Below, in pieces: positions 55,640 through 64,000 of a stretch of DNA of 64,000 bases. This DNA is from Gammaproteobacteria bacterium (GTDB taxonomy: Bacteria; Pseudomonadota; Gammaproteobacteria; Pseudomonadales; Pseudohongiellaceae), in NCBI GenBank assembly GCA_018661465.1, contig JABJIC010000021.1, forward strand, positions 30,192 through 94,191, read 5' to 3'. Below the pieces are notes generated by a model, which was not told the DNA's origin, did no database searches, and saw only the letters and a program-made list of their open reading frames with translations. Every line of letters begins with the position of its first letter. Position 1 is the stretch's first letter. Made by a program: the position numbers and the translations under genes.

Positions 55640-56173
55640 TCAGGGCGAAAAGCACCAATGCCAAGGCTCATAATCTATGCCGTATGAGTTCGACTTAGGG
55701 TAGCTGAGGCTAAAGTCGAAACGTTGTGCATTCTTATCAAGCCACTGATAAGCTTCAGTTTTTTCAAATTCCTCCACAAGAGGATCGCAGGCAGATGTTC
55801 CGATATCGATAGCCCGCCCGCTATGGTGCTCGCTGAATCCAGGCGCTGCATTCACCTTAAGAATATCCTCGATTTTTTGATCTCTCTCAATCTTTCGTTC
55901 AATCAATTCGTACTGATACTGAATAGATCTAAATGCAGAAACCAGGAAAAGTTCAACTCCATCTGCTGCTGCCGAAGATTTCATCTCGGTCCAGGCGGCA
56001 AACGCAGCTGGAGTTAATCGCTGAGGCCTGTTTAGGAAGTCCAGCTCGGTATCAACAAGCTCATCGGGTTCCGAGCAAAGCGGTAGCTTACTGTTATTGA
56101 TATAGCCGGGATTGATACCAAGAGAGCGATGCATCTCCTGAATTCTGGACTGGAATGATGGTGGAATGCTCAC
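55640..56173 (-). CDS. M15-family D-alanyl-D-alanine carboxypeptidase (VanY-like)
   Basis: 177 aa with the zinc-site motifs SAFRS, SEHHSGRAIDI and EPWHW. No signal peptide is evident. Confidence 0.8.
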   Translation of the reverse strand: MSIPPSFQSRIQEMHRSLGINPGYINNSKLPLCSEPDELVDTELDFLNRPQRLTPAAFAAWTEMKSSAAADGVELFLVSAFRSIQYQYELIERKIERDQKIEDILKVNAAPGFSEHHSGRAIDIGTSACDPLVEEFEKTEAYQWLDKNAQRFDFSLSYPKSNSYGIDYEPWHWCFSP

Positions 56174-56263
56174 TAAATTTTTTCACTAGTTGAAAGCCCA
56201 ACTATTAACATTTGCTTGATATCAATGCTATTAGTTGAGCTTTCCACTGAATAGATTGCGGGC

Positions 56264-57130
56264 TTACCGCGGATAGCTATCGAAAACAGTTTCGATCCAG
56301 CGCTGCTCATTAATAAATCCCTGACCCCAGGACTCATATTGCGCATCGAGACCTTCCGCTACAATTTCTTCCTTAGACATTTGCTGAGATTTCATGACTC
56401 GAATTGTTGTGGACGTATCTTTCACAACATTATAGAAATCTAAAAGGTCTTGTTTCGTACCAAGAGGACCGTGTCCGGGAACTACAGCTGTATCGTCGCC
56501 TATCCAAGATAGTGCCTTCTCAAGATTATTCAGATAACCCTGAACCGTTCCGCCATTAGCCATGTCTACGAATGGAAATCCTCCGTTAAAGAAGTGATCT
56601 CCCATATGAATAACATTTGATCCGGAAAACATTACAACACTATCGGTATCGGTATGACCCGCTGGCATATGAATAAGTGTGATGTCTTCGCCATTAAAAT
56701 GAACAGTGACATCATCATCAAAAGTGACAACTGGCAGTGCAGAAGCCGGAGAATTTTCGCCTATTAATCTGCTGCGTACATTTTCATGTGCGACGATTAT
56801 ACTATTCATTCCGAAGTCCGCATTGCTGCCGGTGTGATCTCCATGAAAATGGGTATTGAGAAGAAATTTTGGCGTATCGGAACCGAGGTCAGCAATAGCT
56901 GCTCGAATTTTATCGGCGAGTGGTGCAAATTGATCGTCGATAATTAGAATGCCGTCATCTCCGGCAGAGACACCTATATTTCCTCCAGCACCAATCAACA
57001 TGGAAATATTTCCGCGGACGGGAATGGTTTGAATATTTACGTTCGAGTAGTCAGCCTGAGCCAGCAACTGTCCCGACGCAATCAGGCTGCCTGCAAGCAG
57101 CATTGAATTAATTAGTTTTGAAGCCTTCAT
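56264..57130 (-). CDS. Periplasmic MBL-fold metallo-hydrolase
   Basis: 288 aa with a signal peptide (LLAGSLIASGQLLAQA). The metal motifs are THFHGDH, a later PAGHTD and VPGHG. Confidence 0.8.
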   Translation of the reverse strand: MKASKLINSMLLAGSLIASGQLLAQADYSNVNIQTIPVRGNISMLIGAGGNIGVSAGDDGILIIDDQFAPLADKIRAAIADLGSDTPKFLLNTHFHGDHTGSNADFGMNSIIVAHENVRSRLIGENSPASALPVVTFDDDVTVHFNGEDITLIHMPAGHTDTDSVVMFSGSNVIHMGDHFFNGGFPFVDMANGGTVQGYLNNLEKALSWIGDDTAVVPGHGPLGTKQDLLDFYNVVKDTSTTIRVMKSQQMSKEEIVAEGLDAQYESWGQGFINEQRWIETVFDSYPR

Positions 57131-57472
57131 GTAAATTCCCCTAGTAGAGCGCTTTTAAGTAGCCATCTAAAGTCATAGCTTTAGATGATTTTGTCTGTGG
57201 TCTATTTATTTACAGTCACTTTATTTCTAGTCATCTTGATCATTGCCACCATGCTATGTGCCGCAACCTTTATATGCAAGAGGCGCACCGGAGCTATTCC
57301 GGCGGCAAGGCCTGAGCACAGTCAAAATCCGCGATGCATATAGGCATCTTAACTGGTTTGGCCAATTTGCCACACCCGCTGGCTAATATAGCTCATTATT
57401 GTTCTACTTAAGCCTTTATAGTCCATCAAGATAGTTAATCAAGTTGAAGAGAGATGTGAAGACATAGAGTCT

Positions 57473-59395
57473 ATGGCAAAACTACCTGTAATTACTGGCT
57501 TTGGCGGCATTAATGCCGCTGGCCGATCGGCTGGGCATCATGGCTATCGGCGAATGACTCTGGACGCGCTGTCTGGAGAAAAATCCCATGAGACTTTACG
57601 TAGCCTCGCTACACTCAGCGGCTTACTAAGATTCGAAAATGGACAATGGCTGGACAGCTCGGATCAAGTCGTAGATCCCGATGCCTTTATTACTGACAAT
57701 GCTGAAAGCATTCGCCAGAGCTCGCTGATTCGACAGCTTGAGAAAAACCTATTCGATCCAGATAATCTGCTTTTCAACCGCAAGGCGAACCTTTCCATTC
57801 CAGAGGGGGAAGCGCTTCAATTCCAAATGAATCGAAAGCACCTACCCTCTCCTCTGCCACCTGGATGGACAGTTACAGAAGAAGGTTCAGGCAATAAGGT
57901 AACTATTAGTGCCAGCGAGCATTTTGATGTAATGCTGAACTGCCATCGAAAAGCAGCTGTAAACAGTGCAGGCCAGTTGCCGAGCGGATTCGATCCTTCT
58001 GCTCTCTATGCCTCACGTAATCACCCCCGCGCATTGCAGCTAACAGTCTTTGCGGCCTCAGATGCAATTAATTCTCTAGGCATAGACTGGGAAGACATAA
58101 AGCAGCGCGTCTCCCCCGACAAGATCAGCGTTTACGCAGGCAGTGGTTTGGGTCAGATGGACTACAACGGTTATGGCGGCATGATGCAGGCTCGCCTCCT
58201 TGGCAAGAAGGTTAGCTCCAAACAGTTGGCACTGGGTTACGCCGAAATGCCCGCTGACTTTATCAATGCCTATCTCCTAGGGAGTCTGGGAACAACGGGT
58301 ACCAACGTAGCTGCCTGTGCAACATTTCTCTACAACCTGAGACAAGGTATTCGGGATATTCAGTCTGGAACCCACAGAGTAGTTATCGTAGGTACCAGTG
58401 AAGCACCTCTGGTACCAGAAGTATTCGACGGTTTTGCCACCATGGGGGCCCTGGCAGACGATGCCTCCCTAAGAGAACTGGATAAGCTTGCCGAGGGTGA
58501 GAACCCAGACTTTCGTCGGGCTTGCAGACCGTTTGGATTTAACGCTGGCTTTACTCTCGCGGAATCGGCCCAGTGTGTTGTTCTGTTTGATGATGAACTG
58601 GCACTGGAGATGGGCGCGACTATCTATGGTTCTGTAAATGAGGTTTTCATCAATGCGGATGGCTTTAAAAAATCCATCGCCAGCCCAGGCTTGGGTAACT
58701 ATATATCAATGGCAAAAGCAGCTGCCGCTACTAAAAACATAATAGGTGAAGAAGGTCTTCGCCATCGAAGCTATGTCCAGGCTCACGGAACTGGCACCTT
58801 ACAAAACCGACAGACCGAGTCTCATATTCTCAATCACATTGCCGAATCCTTCGGCATTAGTAACTGGCCTATAGCGGCAGTGAAGTCCTATGTCGGTCAC
58901 TCACTCGCCAGTTCAGCCGGAGATCAGTTGGCAGCAAGTCTGGGAGTTTGGGAAGAAGGTATTATTCCAGGAATCCTGACCGTGCCCGAACTAGCCGACG
59001 ATGTGCATAGTTCCAACATCGACTTTCTATTGAATCACAAAGAAGTTGGTAAACAAGGAATTGATGCCGTGATACTTAATTCCAAGGGCTTTGGAGGCAA
59101 CAACGCCAGCGCGTCCGTTCTCTCCCCTCATATAACAAAGCAGATGCTAGAAAAGAGACATGGCAGTAATGCCTGGAAGGAATATCAAAATAAGAATGAA
59201 GCCGTGCAGGAGAGCAGTGCAGCCTATGATGCTTCGGCTCAACAGGGAGCCAATTCAATCATTTACAAATTCGATCATGGTGTCTTGAATCACGAAGCTA
59301 TTGAAATTCGAAAGGACTCCATTCATATCAAAGGAATCGATCCGGAAATTTCCTTGTCCATTGCGAACAATTACGAGGACATGTGCGACGACTAG
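57473..59395 (+). CDS. fabY: FabY-class beta-ketoacyl-ACP synthase
   Basis: 640 aa. The N-terminus MAKLPVITGFGGINAAGRS..HHGYRRM and the overall length match P. aeruginosa FabY (PA5174) as I recall it. The Cys-His-His triad context is NVAACATFLY, AHGTGT and YVGHSLASS. Confidence 0.8.
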   Translation: MAKLPVITGFGGINAAGRSAGHHGYRRMTLDALSGEKSHETLRSLATLSGLLRFENGQWLDSSDQVVDPDAFITDNAESIRQSSLIRQLEKNLFDPDNLLFNRKANLSIPEGEALQFQMNRKHLPSPLPPGWTVTEEGSGNKVTISASEHFDVMLNCHRKAAVNSAGQLPSGFDPSALYASRNHPRALQLTVFAASDAINSLGIDWEDIKQRVSPDKISVYAGSGLGQMDYNGYGGMMQARLLGKKVSSKQLALGYAEMPADFINAYLLGSLGTTGTNVAACATFLYNLRQGIRDIQSGTHRVVIVGTSEAPLVPEVFDGFATMGALADDASLRELDKLAEGENPDFRRACRPFGFNAGFTLAESAQCVVLFDDELALEMGATIYGSVNEVFINADGFKKSIASPGLGNYISMAKAAAATKNIIGEEGLRHRSYVQAHGTGTLQNRQTESHILNHIAESFGISNWPIAAVKSYVGHSLASSAGDQLAASLGVWEEGIIPGILTVPELADDVHSSNIDFLLNHKEVGKQGIDAVILNSKGFGGNNASASVLSPHITKQMLEKRHGSNAWKEYQNKNEAVQESSAAYDASAQQGANSIIYKFDHGVLNHEAIEIRKDSIHIKGIDPEISLSIANNYEDMCDD

Positions 59396-59423
59396 CGGGC
59401 ATTTTGTTAGACCCCTTTTTTAT

Positions 59424-59511
59424 TAGATCCTTCTGCTAGGCCCTTCTGCCCGACTGGTCTAGCTAACCGTTCTGACTAACTATCTTAGCTAACTGTCTTA
59501 GCTAACTATCA
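59424..59511. repeat. Degenerate 13-bp tandem repeats (2 + 4 copies)
   Basis: Block A is TAGATCCTTCTGC/TAGGCCCTTCTGC at 59424-59449. Block B is TAGCTAACCGTTC/TGACTAACTATCT/TAGCTAACTGTCT/TAGCTAACTATCA at 59460-59511. The last copy encodes the fumA C-terminus and stop. Confidence 0.85.
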
Positions 59512-61024
59512 ACGCATGTTCTTCAGCTATATGCTTCTTCCAGGTTTCCGGCCCGGTTCGGTGCACTGAAGTACCATTAACATCCACTGCTACTGTCACT
59601 GGCATTTCATCCACCTCAAATTCATGGATCGCTTCCATTCCCAAATCCTCGAACGCAACCACTCGTGATTTTCGAATTGCCTTTGATACTAGATAGGCAG
59701 CTCCGCCAACAGCCATTAAATACACGGCACTGTGCTTCTTGATTGCGTCGATGCCCAATTGCCCCCGTTCTGCTTTGCCAATCATTCCGATCAAACCTGT
59801 TTGATCAAGAAGTGAGTCGGTAAACTTGTCCATTCGAGTTGCAGTGGTAGGTCCGGCTGGCCCAATCACTTCGTCCCTCACTGCATCGACAGGACCCACG
59901 TAATAAATAAACTTATTGTCAAAATCTACTCCGGGCGGCAGCCCTTCCCCGTTTTCCAACATCGCCAATAGTCGTTTGTGTGCAGCGTCGCGCCCCGTCA
60001 ACATGGTGCCAGACAGCAGCAAGGTTTCCCCCGGCTGCCAACTCGCTATATCTTCCTTGCTAAGGGTATCCAGGTTTACTTTCCTTGCCCGAGGACCAAC
60101 GTCCCAAGTAATATCCGGCCATTCATCCAGGCTCGGTGGAGTCAGCTCTGCGACACCACTACCATCTAGAGTAAAATGAGCGTGTCGAGTTGCAGCACAG
60201 TTGGGGATCATGGCTACCGGCAATGAAGCGGCATGGGTTGGGTAATCAAGAATTTTTACATCCAGTACAGTAGTTAGCCCGCCCAATCCCTGCGCACCAA
60301 TACCCAAAGCATTTGCCCTATCCATTATTTCCAGACGCAGCTCTTCCACCTTGTTCTTCGGTCCCCGAGATCGTAGTTCATGAATATCGATAGGATCCAT
60401 CAAGGATTCTTTGGCCATGAGCGCGGCTTTTTCCGCCGTGCCGCCAATTCCAATTCCCAACATTCCGGGTGGGCACCAGCCTGCACCCATGGTTGGAAGT
60501 GTACGTTCAACCCAGTCCGCAATATCGTCACTAGGATTGAGCATTGCCATCTTGGCCTTGTTCTCGGATCCACCACCCTTGGCAGCCAGCTTCACTTCGA
60601 TTGTATTACCGGGCACAATTTCCGTATGAATAACGGCAGGTGTATTGTCCTTGGTATTTTTCCGAGCACCTGCTGGATCATCCAAAATCGATGCGCGAAG
60701 TACATTGTCGGGATTCAAATAGGCTCGGCGAACACCTTCATTCACCAAGTCCGCGACTGACATTCCCCCCTGCCACTGAACCTCCATTCCTATCTTCAGA
60801 AATACCGTAACAATCCCTGTGTCCTGACAGATTGGACGTTTCCCCTCTGCGCAGAGTCTCGAATTGATCAAGATCTGAGCCATTGCATCTTTAGCCGCCT
60901 CAGATTCTTCTTTCTCGTAAGCTTCGTTAATTGCTTTCACGAAATCGATTGGATGGTAGTAGGAAATATATTGGAGGGCGTCGGCAACGCTTTGAATAAG
61001 ATCTTCGTTGCGAATCAGGGTCAT
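59498..61024 (-). CDS. fumA: Class I (Fe-S) fumarate hydratase
   Basis: 508 aa as a single polypeptide. The N-terminus is YISYYHPIDF...RPICQDTGIV, and the C-terminal beta-domain contains GPAGPTTATRMD. Confidence 0.92.
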   Translation of the reverse strand: MTLIRNEDLIQSVADALQYISYYHPIDFVKAINEAYEKEESEAAKDAMAQILINSRLCAEGKRPICQDTGIVTVFLKIGMEVQWQGGMSVADLVNEGVRRAYLNPDNVLRASILDDPAGARKNTKDNTPAVIHTEIVPGNTIEVKLAAKGGGSENKAKMAMLNPSDDIADWVERTLPTMGAGWCPPGMLGIGIGGTAEKAALMAKESLMDPIDIHELRSRGPKNKVEELRLEIMDRANALGIGAQGLGGLTTVLDVKILDYPTHAASLPVAMIPNCAATRHAHFTLDGSGVAELTPPSLDEWPDITWDVGPRARKVNLDTLSKEDIASWQPGETLLLSGTMLTGRDAAHKRLLAMLENGEGLPPGVDFDNKFIYYVGPVDAVRDEVIGPAGPTTATRMDKFTDSLLDQTGLIGMIGKAERGQLGIDAIKKHSAVYLMAVGGAAYLVSKAIRKSRVVAFEDLGMEAIHEFEVDEMPVTVAVDVNGTSVHRTGPETWKKHIAEEHALIVS

Positions 61025-61220
61025 AACAGTTCAGGCCTCGAAGTGAATAAAGTATGTTAGAGATGCTTATTCTAGCACTTTGTCAGCATCTAGTATCCTG
61101 CATGCCCTAGATCCAGCTCCAGCCCAAGCACGAGCACAACCTCCGCGATTGCTACCTATCCCGTAATTTATCGCCGAATTCCCCAAGCTGGCTTAAGTGA
61201 TTTGGGGGAGTTTTTAGTTG

Positions 61221-61236
61221 ACGTTGACGTCAACGT
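61221..61236. promoter_or_regulatory. Perfect 16-bp palindrome, candidate LiuR (MerR-type) operator in the liuR promoter
   Basis: ACGTTGACGTCAACGT was read directly and is flanked by a duplicated TTGACG. It lies between a possible -35 (TTGACG, 61218-61223) and a possible -10 (TACCAT, 61242-61247) with an 18-bp spacer, about 40 nt upstream of the liuR ATG. Confidence 0.45.
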
Positions 61237-61272
61237 TACTTTACCATTGTCCTTCACCCTCGGAGCCTGAAA

Positions 61273-61662
61273 ATGGAAGACGATACCAGCTATACAATTT
61301 CTCAATTGGCAGAGGAATTCGGTGTAACCACCAGAACGATTCGCTTCTATGAAGAGAAGAACCTAATACATCCCCGTCGCGAAGGTCAGAAGCGAATCTA
61401 CAAACCCGCTGACCGCGTACGCCTTCATCTTATTCTCCGTGGTAAACGTATCGGGCTATCTCTTGATGAAAGTCTTGAGATCATCGACCTGTATGACCCA
61501 TCGGGAAACAACAAGGATCAATACCTTGCCTTGATACGCAAGATTGAAGAGAAGAAACAACAGCTGCATCTGCAACTCAATGACATTGAACACATGATCA
61601 GCGATCTGGACCGGGTTCAAGAACAATGTAAGCGGGAGCTAAATCCAAATGAAGCACAGTAA
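61273..61662 (+). CDS. liuR: MerR-family transcriptional regulator (LiuR-type)
   Basis: 129 aa with the HTH YTISQLAEEFGVTTRTIRFYEEKNLI. It lies directly upstream of the isovaleryl-CoA dehydrogenase gene. Confidence 0.8.
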   Translation: MEDDTSYTISQLAEEFGVTTRTIRFYEEKNLIHPRREGQKRIYKPADRVRLHLILRGKRIGLSLDESLEIIDLYDPSGNNKDQYLALIRKIEEKKQQLHLQLNDIEHMISDLDRVQEQCKRELNPNEAQ

Positions 61663-61692
61663 AACCGAAAGCAAATTAACCAGGAGACGACA

Positions 61693-62862
61693 TTGAGCAT
61701 CTATTACCCAACCCTGAATTTCGATCTCGGTGATGACATAGATATGTTACGGGATGCCGTACGATCTTTTTGCGATGCCGAACTCGCACCTCGCGCTCAG
61801 GAAATTGATGAAACCAATGAGTTTCCTGCTGATATGTGGGAAAAATTTGGCGACATGGGTCTATTGGGAATGACTGTCGCAGAAGAGTACGGCGGCACCA
61901 ATCTGGGATACCTGGCACATGTTGTTGCAATGGAGGAAATTTCCAGAGCATCGGCCTCTGTGGGCTTATCCTATGGTGCCCACTCGAACTTGTGCGTCAA
62001 TCAAATTCACAAGAACGGGAGTCACGAACAAAAACTAAAATATCTTCCAGGTCTGTGCTCCGGCAAGCATGTAGGCGCTCTGGCCATGTCGGAACCCAAT
62101 GCAGGCTCCGATGTGGTTAGCATGAAACTCAAAGCTGAACGCAGTGGAGATGATTACATTCTAAATGGCAATAAGATGTGGATTACAAATGGACCAGATG
62201 CCCACACCTTTGTCATCTATACAAAGATCGATGGCCAGCTTGGTTCTGGCGGAATTACAGCGTTTATTGTTGATGGAGATGCTCCTGGCTTTTCCCGCCA
62301 TCAAAAACTCGACAAATTAGGAATGCGTGGCTCAAACACATGCGAATTAGTATTCGAGGATTGCATCGTGCCTGCTGAGAATATCTTAGGCGGAGAAGGA
62401 AAAGGTGTAGCTGTTCTTATGAGCGGCCTCGACTACGAGCGTACCGTTCTCTCTGGTGGGCCGACAGGAATCATGCTTGCCTGCATGGATGTAGTTCTAC
62501 CTTATATCCACGATCGAAAACAATTCGGTCAGCCCATCGGGGAATTTCAATTGATCCAGGGCAAAATTGCAGACATGTACGCAGGAATGAATGCTTCACG
62601 GGCCTATTTGTATGCTGTCGCAAAAGCCTGTGATCGTGGCGAAGAAAGCAGGAAAGATGCCGCCGCCGTTATCCTCTACACAGCAGAAATGGCTACCAAG
62701 ATGGCACTTGATGCCATTCAACTACTCGGCGGCAATGGCTATATCAATGAATACCCCACGGGTCGATTACTCAGAGATGCCAAATTATATGAGATAGGAG
62801 CAGGAACTTCTGAAGTTCGCCGCATGTTAATAGGTCGAGAACTCTTCAGAGAAACCGGTTAG
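61693..62862 (+). CDS. liuA: Isovaleryl-CoA dehydrogenase
   Basis: 389 aa with a TTG start and an AGGAG SD 7 nt upstream. The acyl-CoA dehydrogenase motifs are [12 protein letters not shown] and a catalytic Glu region [12 protein letters not shown]. It sits in the liu operon context. Confidence 0.9.
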   Translation: MSIYYPTLNFDLGDDIDMLRDAVRSFCDAELAPRAQEIDETNEFPADMWEKFGDMGLLGMTVAEEYGGTNLGYLAHVVAMEEISRASASVGLSYGAHSNLCVNQIHKNGSHEQKLKYLPGLCSGKHVGALAMSEPNAGSDVVSMKLKAERSGDDYILNGNKMWITNGPDAHTFVIYTKIDGQLGSGGITAFIVDGDAPGFSRHQKLDKLGMRGSNTCELVFEDCIVPAENILGGEGKGVAVLMSGLDYERTVLSGGPTGIMLACMDVVLPYIHDRKQFGQPIGEFQLIQGKIADMYAGMNASRAYLYAVAKACDRGEESRKDAAAVILYTAEMATKMALDAIQLLGGNGYINEYPTGRLLRDAKLYEIGAGTSEVRRMLIGRELFRETG

Positions 62863-62876
62863 CCGGGAGACTAGAT

Positions 62877-64000
62877 ATGACTATATTGAAATCAAAAATC
62901 AATCTTCGCGGCACTGATTTTGAAGCCAACGCACTATCCATGCAGTCAATGGTGGACGAGCTTCGCAGCAAAGTAGATCAGATAAAACTAGGTGGCGGTG
63001 AAAAATCCAGAGAACGGCATGTCTCCAGAGGAAAACTATTACCAAGAGATCGTGTCAACAAATTACTAGACCCGGGCACTCCCTTCCTCGAGCTATCCCA
63101 ACTGGCGGCACATGAGGTATATGAAGACAATGTTCCCTCTGCCGGCCTGATTACTGGTGTTGGCCGTGTTAGCGATCAGGAATGCATGATCATTGCCAAT
63201 GATGCCACGGTTAAAGGCGGTACCTACTACCCGCTCTCGGTAAAGAAACACCTGAGGGCTCAGGCTATCGCCGAAGAGAATTTCCTACCCTGCATTTACC
63301 TGGTAGATTCCGGTGGCGCGAACCTACCCCATCAAGATGAAGTCTTTCCTGACAAAGACGATTTTGGTCGTATCTTTTTTAATCAGGCAAATATGTCGGC
63401 CAAAGGAATACCACAGATAGCGATTGTTATGGGCTCCTGTACTGCAGGTGGAGCCTATGTGCCTGCTATGGCAGACGAAGCAATAATCGTAAAAGAACAA
63501 GGAACTATATTTCTCGCAGGCCCTCCATTGGTCAAGGCGGCCACAGGTGAAGTTGTCAGCGCGGAGGAACTTGGCGGGGCCGATGTGCATTGTCGTACTT
63601 CAGGTGTTGCTGATCACTATGCGCGTAACGATAACCATGCAATCGAACTGGCACGTCGCTCTATCTCACGATTAAATAGAACTAAACCAGTTCAGCTGGA
63701 TATAAAAGAATCTCAGGAACCCCTCTTTGACAGCAAGGACATCTACGGCATCGTACCCAAAGATTCTCGTCAGCCTTATGATGTGCGTGAAATTATTGCC
63801 CGTATTGCCGATGGTTCAGACTTCGATGAATTTAAATCCCTCTATGGAACTACTCTAATTTGCGGCTTTGCGAGAATCTTTGGCTTCCCGGTGGGTATCG
63901 TTGCAAACAACGGCATCTTGTTCAGCGAGTCGGCGCAGAAAGGAGCTCACTTTATCGAATTGTGTGCCCAGAGAAAAATACCTTTGGTGTTTTTGCAAAA
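62877..64000 (+). CDS. liuB: Methylcrotonyl-CoA carboxylase carboxyltransferase (beta) subunit, 3' partial
   Basis: Absent from the ORF track because it is open at the window end. My translation from the ATG at 62877 gives [22 protein letters not shown]...[28 protein letters not shown]...[13 protein letters not shown]...DSGGANLP, which is typical of MccB/LiuB. Confidence 0.88.
   Translation, partial: MTILKSKINLRGTDFEANALSMQSMVDELRSKVDQIKLGGGEKSRERHVSRGKLLPRDRVNKLLDPGTPFLELSQLAAHEVYEDNVPSAGLITGVGRVSDQECMIIANDATVKGGTYYPLSVKKHLRAQAIAEENFLPCIYLVDSGGANLPHQDEVFPDKDDFGRIFFNQANMSAKGIPQIAIVMGSCTAGGAYVPAMADEAIIVKEQGTIFLAGPPLVKAATGEVVSAEELGGADVHCRTSGVADHYARNDNHAIELARRSISRLNRTKPVQLDIKESQEPLFDSKDIYGIVPKDSRQPYDVREIIARIADGSDFDEFKSLYGTTLICGFARIFGFPVGIVANNGILFSESAQKGAHFIELCAQRKIPLVFLQ

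Noticed and set aside
57359-57372. Sigma-54-like TGGCC-N-TTGCC element upstream of fabY
   Set aside because: The GG-to-GC spacing is 9 nt, not the 12 nt required by the TGGCAC-N5-TTGC consensus.
61181-61216. CCCCAA-N15-TTGGGG stem followed by GAGTTTTT, resembling a rho-independent terminator on the plus strand
   Set aside because: No plus-strand gene ends upstream, because fumA is on the other strand and starts at 61024. The loop is long and the stem only 6 bp. I kept it as an unexplained note under the liuR promoter finding.
1-64000. Search by eye for tRNA/rRNA/tmRNA/SRP-like sequences, CRISPR repeats, transposases, integrases, phage genes, toxin-antitoxin pairs or known defence-system genes
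   Set aside because: I recognised none. No T-loop-like GGTTCGAATCC-type motif sits in a cloverleaf context, there are no spaced identical repeats, and there are no DDE or tyrosine-recombinase motifs. The absence is based on reading only and should be confirmed with tRNAscan-SE, Infernal, ISfinder and DefenseFinder.

Overview
This is a 64-kb chromosomal segment from a Gram-negative bacterium, most likely a marine gammaproteobacterium. Gene order follows two conserved housekeeping superclusters known from E. coli and Pseudomonas: miaB-ybeZ-ybeY-corC ... leuS-lptE-holA on the plus strand, and proA-nadD-rsfS-rlmH-mrdA-rodA-rlpA-dacA-ybeD-lipB-lipA on the minus strand. I support about 66 densely packed protein genes. 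By eye I found no rRNA, tRNA, CRISPR array, transposase or integrase. The two conserved blocks converge on a variable stretch of about 17 kb (17.9-35.0 kb) that holds the less ordinary content. That stretch contains an orphan 7TMR-DISM sensor kinase whose canonical phospho-acceptor His is Arg, an operon with a Tat-signal haloacid dehalogenase, an Hsp70-like ATPase without a substrate-binding domain, and an M1 peptidase/DUF6702-like pair. It also contains a TPP-riboswitch-controlled operon (TonB-dependent receptor, YkoF-like protein, PnuC-family permease) facing a NadR-type P-loop kinase. Other notable loci: (1) a TlpA-DUF4266-DUF3570-ApbE flavinylation cluster, in which ApbE lacks any signal peptide and DUF3570 carries two SGAS acceptor-like motifs; (2) a translationally coupled operon of a LACTB2-like MBL hydrolase, a YhbQ GIY-YIG protein and a DUF523 (TudS-like) protein; (3) a FabY-class ketosynthase; (4) phoPQ-like genes with PepSY and glycine-zipper neighbours; (5) liuR-liuA-liuB. 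Several short tandem duplications sit exactly at gene boundaries. Nothing resembles a mobile element or a classical defence island. The candidates for new biology are modest, and all family assignments come from motif recognition by eye, not from searches.
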